A stretch of 64,000 bases of DNA, from contig CAVZYA010000001.1 of NCBI GenBank assembly GCA_963779415.1, positions 512,001 through 576,000 of the forward strand. Direction: 5' to 3'. Under the pieces are notes generated by a model. That model worked only from the letters and a program-made list of their open reading frames with translations. It was not told the DNA's origin and ran no database searches. The position numbers and the translations under genes are program-made. This stretch comes from an uncultured Acidobacteriota bacterium. Lineage in GTDB: Bacteria > Acidobacteriota > Thermoanaerobaculia > UBA5066. How positions within the stretch are numbered: position 1 is the first letter of the stretch; every line of letters starts with the position of its first letter. Positions 56,067-64,000 of this stretch are shown piece after piece.

Positions 56067-58872
56067 ATGCGAACCCTCTTCCTGCCGCCGACCTACCAGG
56101 ACTCCGCGGAATCGGGTCGGCTCATCCTGCGCGACGGATCGACGGCATTCATCCGCCCGGCAGAGCCGTCGGACTTCGAAGAGCTGCGGGAGTTCTTTCG
56201 CCAGCTCTCGCCCGAGTCGAAGCGCCGCCGCTTCTTCTCCATCGCCGACCCGGCGAAGGCGCTCCTCGAACGGCAGTGCGATTCCTCCAATCCCCGCGTC
56301 CAGCTGACTCTGATCGTCATCCGGATCGTGAGCGGCGCCTCGCGGATCATCGCGACCGCCTCCTACGTCGCGCGGGACGAGACGAGCGCCGAGGTCGCCT
56401 TCGCGGTCGACGACGAGTTCCAGGGACGAGGCCTCGGAGGCCTCCTTCTCGAGCGCCTGGCCCTCATCGCCGCCCGGTACGGCTTTGTCCGCTTCTGGGC
56501 CGTGACGCGTCTCGAGAACGCCCTGATGCTCGACACGTTCCGCCGCTCGGGCTTCCCGCTCCACACGAAGGTCGAGGACGAGTGTGTCGAGATCGACTTC
56601 TCCGTCGCCCAGAGCGAGGACAGCGTCAGTCACTCGGAGTCGCGGGACCGTCTCTTCACCACGGCCTCGCTCCACCCCCTGTTCCGTCCCCGCGCCGTCG
56701 CCCTCATCGGCGCCTCACGCGACGTCTCCAGCATCGGCTGGCGCATCCTCGACGGGCTCGTTCAGAGCGGCTTTCACGGCCCGGTCTACGCGGTGAACCC
56801 GAATGCGACGCACGTCCACTCGCTGCCGGCCTACTCTTCGGCCCGCGAGATCCCGAAGGGGACCGATCTCGCCATCGTGGCGATCCCGCGCGAGGGCGTG
56901 CTGGATGCCGTGGACGATTGCGCCGCCGCCGGCGTCCGCGCCCTCGTCGTCGTCACGGTCGGCTTTCTGGACAGCTATTCCGGAGGACGTGACCTGCAGG
57001 AGAAGCTCCTCGAGAGGGTTCGCGGCCACGGGATGCGCCTCGTCGGTCCCAACTCGATGGGCGTCGTCAACACCGATCCGGAGATCCGGCTCAACGCCTC
57101 GGTCTCCCCCGTCCTGCCTCCACGCGGGAGCGTGGCGATGTCGTCCCAGAGCGGCGTCCTCGGCATGGCGATGCTGGCTCTCGCGCGGCAGCGCCATGTC
57201 GGCGTCTCGACCTTCATCAGCGTCGGCAACAAGGCCGACATCTCCGGCAACGACCTTCTGCAGTACTGGCAGGGGGACGATGCGACACGCGTCATCCTTC
57301 TCTATCTGGAGTCCTTCGGAAATCCGCGCCGCTTCGCCCGGATCGCGCGGGTCGTGAGCCGGGAAAAGCCGATCGTCGTCGTGAAGGCGGGACCGGCCCC
57401 GGAGCCCGCCCGATCCGCCGCCGCGACGCTCGTCGCGGGCGAAGCCGTCGTGAACGCGCTCTTCCGTCAGACGGGGGTCATCCGGGCCGACACGCTGGAC
57501 GAGATGTTCGACCTCGCGGCCGCTCTCGACCGGCAGCCTCTTCCGGCAGGGCGCCGCGTCGCGATCCTCTCGGACGGGAGCGGTCCCGGCATCCTCTGCG
57601 CGGGCGCCTGCGAGGCGGCCCGTCTGACCGTGCCGCCGCTCTCGGAGACGACGGCGGAGCGGCTCGCGACTTTCCTCCCCTCCGGCACGCCGATCGGCAA
57701 CCCCCTGGAGCTCGTCTTCTCGCCGACTCCGGAGCCGTACCGGCAAGCCCTCGAGACGCTCCTCAAGGCTCCCGAAGTGGACGCCCTCATCGCGATTCAC
57801 ACGCCGCTCGACGAGAGCGGTTCGGAGGCCATGGTGGAGGCGATCCGGCAGGGAGCCGCGGCGGCGCGCGCCTCGGGAGGCGACGGCAAGCCGGTCCTCG
57901 CGTGCCTCCTCGCGAAGGAGGACGCCGGTGCGCCGGTGGTTCTCGGAGAGTCGAGCATTCCGACGTATGCGTTTCCGGAGTCGGCCGCGCGGGTTCTCGG
58001 GAAGGTGGCCGCTTACGCGGAGTGGCGCGCCGGCTCCGCACGGGGTCATTCCCGACTTCGACGACATCGACCCGGCGGCCGCCCGTTCGATCTGCCGGAA
58101 AGCGATCGAGGAGCGCGGAGCCGGACCTCTCACTTCGGACGAGGCGAGGGCGGTCCTTCAGGCCATGCACCTTCCCGTCGCTCCGGGCGGGGTCGCCCGG
58201 ACGCCCGACGAGGCCGTGGCGCTCGCCCGGGGAATCGGATTTCCCGTCGCCGTCAAGCTCGCTTCTCCCCGGATCCGCCAGAAGACCGAGAAGGGAGCCG
58301 TTCACCTGAACGTGGAGGAGGAGATCGGGGTCCGGCTGGCTTTCGGGGCGATCCGAAAGACGAGGGAAGCGGATCACAACCCGGAGGCGATGGAGGGAGT
58401 GCTGGTCCAGCCGATGGCCGGAACCGACGTCGAGGTGATGGTGAGAGTCGTGGAGGACCCTCTCTTCGGGCCTCTCGTCGTCTTCGGTCTGGGCGGGATC
58501 CACGTCGAGGTGATCGCCGATGCGGGTCTGCGCGTGACGCCGCTGACCGATCGCGCCGCCCAGGCGATGGTCCGGGAGATCCGGGGTTATTCCCTCCTCG
58601 AGGGGTACCGGGGGCATCCTCCCGCCGACGTTTCGGCCATCCACGACGTCCTTCTGCGCGTCTCTCGCCTCGTCGAAGAGGTCCCCGACATCTCGGAGGT
58701 CGATCTGAGCCCGATCTTCGTCGGGCCCCCCGGCGGAGGGTGCTACATCTTCGACTCGCGAATCGACGTGGCTCTCCCCCGGAAGGACCGGGCGGCCCGC
58801 TACACCGTTCCCCCCCTTCCCGTCGTCCGCAAGGAAGCGGTCGCCATCTCCCCCGCCGAGGCGCCGAGGTAG
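56067..58872 (+). CDS. GNAT plus CoA-binding/ATP-grasp protein (Pat-like protein lysine acyltransferase), frameshift near 58030
   Basis: AEVAFAVDDEFQGRGLG GNAT; IGAS, GPNSMG, SQSG; SHTG His absent (ARSAAAT); ATP-grasp continues in ORF 57928..58872. Confidence 0.82.
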
Positions 58873-58884
58873 CGAGGAGCTTTC

Positions 58885-59331
58885 ATGACCGATTTCCCTG
58901 ACCACGACTGGCTCTGCCGGAGAATCGTCGAAGACTCCCCGGTGGCGATTCTTTTTGCCGACCGGGAAGGAACGATCCGCCTCTGGAACGCGGGGGCCGA
59001 GGCGATGTTCGGCTACCTGGCAGACGAGGCGCTCGGCCAGTCGATGGACCTGATCATCCCAGAGCGCCAGAGGCCCCGGCACTGGGAAGGCTGGAAGAAG
59101 GTGATGGCGACCGGAGTCACGCGGTACGGCCGCGAGGTGCTGGCGGTTCCGGCCATGCGAAAGGACGGCTCGCGAATCTCCATCGAGTTCAATATCCTCC
59201 TGCTGCGGACGGGCGACGGCGGGATCCCGGGCGCGGCCGCCCTGATTCAGGACGTGACGGCCCGGTGGCAGCGAGAGAAAGAGATGAAGGCGCGCCTCGC
59301 GGCCCTCGAAGCCGGGGCGCGGGAGGGCTGA
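58885..59331 (+). CDS. Stand-alone PAS domain protein
   Basis: ADREGTIRLWNAGAEAMFGY...LIIPE...RKDG...QDVT. Confidence 0.85.
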   Translation: MTDFPDHDWLCRRIVEDSPVAILFADREGTIRLWNAGAEAMFGYLADEALGQSMDLIIPERQRPRHWEGWKKVMATGVTRYGREVLAVPAMRKDGSRISIEFNILLLRTGDGGIPGAAALIQDVTARWQREKEMKARLAALEAGAREG

Positions 59332-59332
59332 G

Positions 59333-60070
59333 ATGGATTTTCGGCGGGTGAACGATCTGAAGGCGCCGGACGGCCATGACATTCCGGCCTTTCTTCTCGC
59401 GCCAGCCTCGCCGCGCGGCGGCGCCGTCGTCTGTCACGGCTACGGGGGGTCGAAGGAGCAGATGCTCGGAATCGCGACGAGCATCGCCGAGAAGGGCGCC
59501 GCCGCGCTCGCGATCGACCTCTGCGGACACGGCGAGAACAGGGCGCCGATCGGCCCGGCCATGCGCGAAGAGCTGGAGGCGGCCGTCGCCTTCGCCCGGC
59601 GGTTCGGCCGGACGGGCGCCATCGGCCACAGCCTGGGGGGAAGGCTGGCGCTCATGTCGTCGGCGGACGTCATGGTGGCGATGTCGCCGTCCGTCATGGT
59701 GCAAATGTCTCCCCAAGGGAAGTGGATGTTCGAGAACCTCCCGAGCCCCGGCGTCCGCGAGCCCTATTCCGGCTACGTCCTCGAGCTGCTGGAGAAGCTG
59801 GGACCGGTTCCGCCGCACGGGCGCCCCTGCCTTCTCCTCTACTCCGAAAGGGACATCCAGGGGCTTCTGGACGGCGCGGCGGGCCTCCTCTCCCAGCTCT
59901 CCGGTGCCGAGAAGCAGCTCGTCACCCAGGACATCCGTCCCGACGTGCAGCACGAGAGCGGCCTGGTCCGGTACCTGCCGCGCTGGTTCAACCACATCGA
60001 GCTCAAGTCCAACGCTTCGGCTTCCGCCACGGCGGGCTCCTGGCTCGCCGGTCGCCTCGCCGGAGCCTGA
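59333..60070 (+). CDS. Alpha/beta-hydrolase
   Basis: HGYGG, DLCGHG, nucleophile motif GHSLGG. Confidence 0.82.
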   Translation: MDFRRVNDLKAPDGHDIPAFLLAPASPRGGAVVCHGYGGSKEQMLGIATSIAEKGAAALAIDLCGHGENRAPIGPAMREELEAAVAFARRFGRTGAIGHSLGGRLALMSSADVMVAMSPSVMVQMSPQGKWMFENLPSPGVREPYSGYVLELLEKLGPVPPHGRPCLLLYSERDIQGLLDGAAGLLSQLSGAEKQLVTQDIRPDVQHESGLVRYLPRWFNHIELKSNASASATAGSWLAGRLAGA

Positions 60071-60092
60071 GGGGCTCGGAAAGGTGCACGGA

Positions 60093-60869
60093 ATGACGTA
60101 CGAGAACCTCACCTTCGAAACGGAGGGCCCGATCGCCGTCGTGACGCTCAATCGCCCGACCCGGCGAAACGCCCTTTCGCTGGGGCTCATGCGGGAGCTT
60201 CTCGACTGTCTGACGGAGATCGGCCGAGACCGGCAGCTCCGCACCGTGATCCTCGCCGCCGCCGGGAAGGTCTACAGCTCGGGACACGATCTCTCCGAGC
60301 TGGTCGGGAGGGACCTCAACGCCTACCGGGAGATCTTCGACGTCTGCGCCGACCTGATGACGAGGATCCAGGCGATTCCGCAGCCCGTCATCGCGGAAGT
60401 CCAGGGAGTCGCCACCGCGGCCGGCTGCCAGCTCGTGGCGACGTGCGACATCGCGGTGGCGGCCGAAGAGGCCTGGTTCGCCACGCCGGGCGTCAAGACC
60501 GGGCTATTCTGCACGACGCCGATGGTCGCGCTCTCCCGGGCGATCGGGCGCAAGCGCGCGCTCCAGATGCTCCTGACCGGAGATCCGGTCGACTCGAAGA
60601 CGGCGGCCGAATGGGGACTCGTCAACAGCGTCGTCCCCGCGGGGTCGCTCCGCGCCGAGACGCGGAAGCTCGCGGCGAAGATCGCCGAGGCGAGCCCCGT
60701 CACGGTCGCCATCGGAAAGCAGGCCTTTTACTCGCAGATCGACCTCGATCAGCCGAAAGCCTATGCCTACGCAAAGGAGATCATGGCGATGAACTCCCTA
60801 GCGATGGACGCCCAGGAGGGAATCTCAGCGTTCCTCGGAAAGAGGGCGGCCTCCTGGACGGGACGATAG
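60093..60869 (+). CDS. Enoyl-CoA hydratase/isomerase family protein
   Basis: LNRPTRRNAL, SSGHDL, ATAAGCQL, ATPG...GLFCTTP, EGISAFLGKR. Confidence 0.9.
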   Translation: MTYENLTFETEGPIAVVTLNRPTRRNALSLGLMRELLDCLTEIGRDRQLRTVILAAAGKVYSSGHDLSELVGRDLNAYREIFDVCADLMTRIQAIPQPVIAEVQGVATAAGCQLVATCDIAVAAEEAWFATPGVKTGLFCTTPMVALSRAIGRKRALQMLLTGDPVDSKTAAEWGLVNSVVPAGSLRAETRKLAAKIAEASPVTVAIGKQAFYSQIDLDQPKAYAYAKEIMAMNSLAMDAQEGISAFLGKRAASWTGR

Positions 60870-60884
60870 AAAGGAGACACTTCG

Positions 60885-61190
60885 ATGGTCACGTTCGAGT
60901 ACCGGTTCGACGTCCTCCCCGGAAAGCTGCGGGACTACGAGAGGCATACGAAGGGCGCCGGAAAGGACATCTGGCTGAGGTTCCGCGGAGTCAAGACCGT
61001 CCGGGTCTACAAGAGCATGCTCGGCGGGTCGTCGCCGCAGCGCGTGGTCCAGGTCGACCTGGAGAGCCTCGCGGCGCTCGAGAAGATCCTGACCGACCCG
61101 GGCTTCCGGAAGGTCAAGGAGAACTTCCACAAGATCGTCACGAACGTCACGGACTCGCTTCTCGTCCAGGTGAGCGAAAAGAAGAAGTAG
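60885..61190 (+). CDS. Small dimeric alpha-beta barrel-like hypothetical protein
   Basis: AAGGAG RBS; EthD/NIPSNAP-like pattern (fold call is inference). Confidence 0.6.
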   Translation: MVTFEYRFDVLPGKLRDYERHTKGAGKDIWLRFRGVKTVRVYKSMLGGSSPQRVVQVDLESLAALEKILTDPGFRKVKENFHKIVTNVTDSLLVQVSEKKK

Positions 61191-61196
61191 CCGCGG

Positions 61197-61709
61197 TTAC
61201 GGGCGCGGCTTCTTTCCCGTCGGGCGCGGGCGTCGCCTGACGCCCGCGCCCGACGAGAGCGCCCGGACGACGGCGCCCCAGTTGTCGAACCACGTTTCGA
61301 ACGCGGCCCGGAGCTGGGATCGTCCCTGCTCGTCGGCCGCGGCGCGCAGGGCCTCCACCACCGCGGCCGTGGACGGGCGAAGGCGGCGTTCGCCCTTCCG
61401 GGTCAGCGCCACGTGGACGAAACGGCGATCCGTCGCGGAGCGCGTCGTGCGAACCAGACCGGCCCGCTCCATCCGCCGGACGAGGGCGGAGGTCGTGTTC
61501 ATCGTGCCGAACGTCTGGCGCGCCAGATCGCCGATCGTCAGAGGGACCCCCGAGGGGTTGCCGGCCAGCGTCAGGAGGACGAACTGCTGGGCGGAGGTGA
61601 GTCCGCCGTCGGTCGGTTCGGTCGTGATCGTCCGGCGAACCGACTCGAAGAACCGCCTCAGGTGGGCCATCGAGCGGTAGATTTCCGCGAGGCGCCGCTG
61701 CGTGGTCAT
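61197..61709 (-). CDS. MarR family transcriptional regulator
   Basis: LTSAQQFVL, TIGDLA, MERAGLV...TDRR...LTRKG. Confidence 0.85.
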   Translation of the reverse strand: MTTQRRLAEIYRSMAHLRRFFESVRRTITTEPTDGGLTSAQQFVLLTLAGNPSGVPLTIGDLARQTFGTMNTTSALVRRMERAGLVRTTRSATDRRFVHVALTRKGERRLRPSTAAVVEALRAAADEQGRSQLRAAFETWFDNWGAVVRALSSGAGVRRRPRPTGKKPRP

Positions 61710-61873
61710 TACGCGCGATTATAGGGAGGAGGGACCGGGCGATTCCGCTTGACTCGGGGCGGCACCGGACACCTAAAATCATTCCACGTGACGAACAGTC
61801 GACGACACGTACTATTCGGCCCACAGCCCGACACGGGACTCCTCGCCGGAGAGGAATCCCCTTTCGTGTCGTG

Positions 61874-62782
61874 ATGGCTCTCCCCGCTCTTCTCGCGCCC
61901 GCCGGAAGTCCCGCGGCCGTCCGCGCGGCGCTCGACGCGGGGGCCGACGCCGTCTACGTCGGCCTCAAGGGCTGGAGCCGGGGGGGCTCCCGAGGCGAGC
62001 TCGACTGGGACGAGCTGGTCTCCTCCCGGAGCGAGGCCGCCGCGGCGGGGCGGAGCCTTCAGGTGGCGCTCAACATCATCCCCAAGGCCCCGGAGCGCGC
62101 CCGGCTCTTCGAGCGAATCCCCGCGCTCCTCGATCTGGGGATTCGAGAAGTCATCGTCAACGACATCGGGATTCTCGCCACGCTGCGCCGCGACTTTCCG
62201 GACCTTCTCCTGACGGCCAGCATCGGCTGCGGGGCACGGACGGCCGCGGACGTCGCGTTCTTCCGGGATCTGGGCGCCGACGCCGTCGTCCTGCCGGGGA
62301 CGTTGAGCCCCGCGGAGATGAACGAGATCCGGAGCGTCCGGGGGATCTCGATCGAGATCATGATCCACATGGTCGAGGAGTTCGTCCTCCTCGGAAAGTG
62401 CTGGATGCCGAGCTACGTGAGCCTGAAGCCGTCGCGGCTTCCGGACGCCGGGGGGCTTCGGCAGACCGGAAGCATGAAGCGAGGGGGCGTCGGGGCCTGC
62501 TTCCGGGTCTGTCAGGAGCCATGGGAGCTCTACGCCTGCGGGCGGCACCTCGAGACGCGCTTCCTTCCGGGACGACAGATCAGCCGGATTTCCGAGGTCC
62601 AGACCTTCGCGGACGCGGGCGTGGACGTCCTGAAGCTCCAGGGGCGGAGTCTTCCCCCGGAGCTTCTCGCGCCTCTCGTCCGGAGCTACCGGGAGGCGAT
62701 CGACGCCCGGGACGTTCCGGCCACGGATGAAGAGATCGCTTCGCCGGCCCTGCCGGCGGCCTGGACGGTGGTCGGACGATGA
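61874..62782 (+). CDS. Peptidase U32 family protein (UbiU/TrhP-like)
   Basis: LLAPAGS...GADAVYVG, GKCWMPSY, GACFRVC, LKLQGR. Confidence 0.85.
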   Translation: MALPALLAPAGSPAAVRAALDAGADAVYVGLKGWSRGGSRGELDWDELVSSRSEAAAAGRSLQVALNIIPKAPERARLFERIPALLDLGIREVIVNDIGILATLRRDFPDLLLTASIGCGARTAADVAFFRDLGADAVVLPGTLSPAEMNEIRSVRGISIEIMIHMVEEFVLLGKCWMPSYVSLKPSRLPDAGGLRQTGSMKRGGVGACFRVCQEPWELYACGRHLETRFLPGRQISRISEVQTFADAGVDVLKLQGRSLPPELLAPLVRSYREAIDARDVPATDEEIASPALPAAWTVVGR

Positions 62783-62808
62783 CGGCGACTGGCAAATCAG
62801 GAGGAGCA

Positions 62809-63762
62809 TTGAGCTCGTTCGAGCTGAACACGACGATCGCGAACCTCCGGGACCTCCGTGAGTCGGACCTGACCGACTACGACGGGATCTACCTGGGCGA
62901 CATCTACTGCCGGCTCTACGAAGCGAACTTCCTCGAGCAGCTCGGAGACCTCAGGGAAGGGCTCCGCATCCTGCGGGATCAGGGGAAGCGCGCCTACGTG
63001 ACGACCTACGCCGGGCCACGCAACGACTTCCTTCCCAAGGTGATGAGGATGCTGGAAGCCGCCGCCGCGGCGGGAGCCGAGGCGGTCGAGATCCACAACA
63101 TGGGGATCCTGCGGATGGCTCACGAGTCGTTCCCGGGGCTCCCGTTGCACGTCGGCGGCTTCGCGAACGTCTACACCGCCGCGGGCGCCGAGGTCCTGCG
63201 CGGTCTCGGGGCCGTGCGGTTTACGCCCAACTACGAGCTGAGCCTGGACGAGATCCGGGAGATGACGGACGCCGGCGCCGCTCCCATGGAGCTCCTCGTG
63301 CACGGGAAGATGCCTCTCGGGATCTCGGACTACTGCTTCCTCCTGGAATACGAGGAGAAGTGGGGCATCAAGTGTCCCGACCTCTGCCAGAAGGAGCTGT
63401 TCCTCAAGCAGGGCGAGTGGGCCATGAAGTCGCTCGGGAAGGGGATCCTGAGCGGCAAGGACGTCTGCATGCTGGAGCACCTGCCGCGTCTCCTCTCCGA
63501 GGGCCACCGGCACTTCCGGATCGAGGCCATTTCGGAGAGCCCTGCGTACCGGCGCGAGGTCGCGGCGGTCTACCGCGCGGCGCTCCAGGGGGCCGCCGGC
63601 GGCGAGGGCGAGGTCGACGAAGCCTGGTGGGAGACGTTGCGGCGCCATGCGAGGATCGGTCTATGCAACGGGTTCTATTTCGGCAAGAGCGGAATGGACT
63701 ATTCGGGAATCCGGCCGGGGGCGATGGGGTCCCTTCCGACGATCTCCCGTCTGGAATCCTAG
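62809..63762 (+). CDS. Peptidase U32 family protein (UbiV-like)
   Basis: IYLGDIYC, VHGKMPLGISDYC, CPDLC, CNGFYFG; GGAGG plus TTG 62809 (alternative ATG 62779). Confidence 0.82.
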   Translation: MSSFELNTTIANLRDLRESDLTDYDGIYLGDIYCRLYEANFLEQLGDLREGLRILRDQGKRAYVTTYAGPRNDFLPKVMRMLEAAAAAGAEAVEIHNMGILRMAHESFPGLPLHVGGFANVYTAAGAEVLRGLGAVRFTPNYELSLDEIREMTDAGAAPMELLVHGKMPLGISDYCFLLEYEEKWGIKCPDLCQKELFLKQGEWAMKSLGKGILSGKDVCMLEHLPRLLSEGHRHFRIEAISESPAYRREVAAVYRAALQGAAGGEGEVDEAWWETLRRHARIGLCNGFYFGKSGMDYSGIRPGAMGSLPTISRLES

Positions 63763-63785
63763 AAAGGGTCGAGGAGGGCGGAGTC

Positions 63786-64000
63786 ATGGTCGAGCTTCTG
63801 GCGCCGGCAGGCAATCTTCCGATGGTCGAGGCCGCCCTGGCGGGCGGCGCGAACGCGATCTACGTCGGCGCCCGCGGGTGGAGTCGGCGGCGCGACCGTT
63901 ACGAGCTGGCGGACGACGAGGTGAAGGCCGCGATCGGCATCGCCCACGGGGGCGGCGCGAAGCTGCGGGTGGCCATCAACACCAACATGCAGTCCCACGA
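63786..64000 (+). CDS. Peptidase U32 family protein, N-terminal part (3' truncated by window)
   Basis: GGAG plus ATG; MVELLAPAGNLPMVEAALAGGANAIYVGARGWSRR. Confidence 0.82.
   Translation, partial: MVELLAPAGNLPMVEAALAGGANAIYVGARGWSRRRDRYELADDEVKAAIGIAHGGGAKLRVAINTNMQSH

Noticed and set aside
1-64000. CRISPR arrays, IS/transposases, integrases, tRNA/rRNA genes
   Set aside because: No regularly spaced direct repeats, DDE or tyrosine-recombinase motifs, or tRNA/rRNA signatures recognised by eye; tRNAscan-SE and CRISPR finders would be the definitive check

Overview
High-GC bacterial window. The housekeeping start (ileS-lspA-lgt-RluD-type, Ser/Thr kinase-PD40 propeller) looks Acidobacteriota/Thermoanaerobaculia-like (inference only). 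It is followed by about 55 kb of accessory anaerobic carboxylate/acyl-CoA metabolism. The standout is a co-oriented cluster at 16.6-23.9 kb that reads as a bacterial ubiquitin-like conjugation system: a Ubl with ...RPQEGG plus an 18-aa tail, an E2-like protein (HPFL...GQEICLG), a JAB/JAMM isopeptidase, an E1 with tandem inactive and active adenylation domains, and a ClpX-like unfoldase lacking the Zn-binding, RKH and ClpP-docking IGF elements. It sits between a porin/OFA-transporter/two class III CoA-transferase/small Cys-protein operon and an AMP-forming acyl-CoA ligase, not in an evident defence island. Further on are a TauE/TIGR02186/PEP-synthase-like/two-component module, a Liv-type ABC set, an ADP-forming acyl-CoA synthetase, a Crp/Fnr regulator, a GNAT-HDAC fusion with AcuB-like partner, a sigma54-driven Hmc-like redox complex with an NrfD-multiheme fusion, a Pat-like acetyltransferase and three tandem U32 genes. 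Many small frameshifts (near 2.84, 48.7-51.9 and 58.0 kb) are probably assembly errors. No rRNA, tRNA, CRISPR array or IS element was recognised. All calls come from motif reading; no database searches were run.
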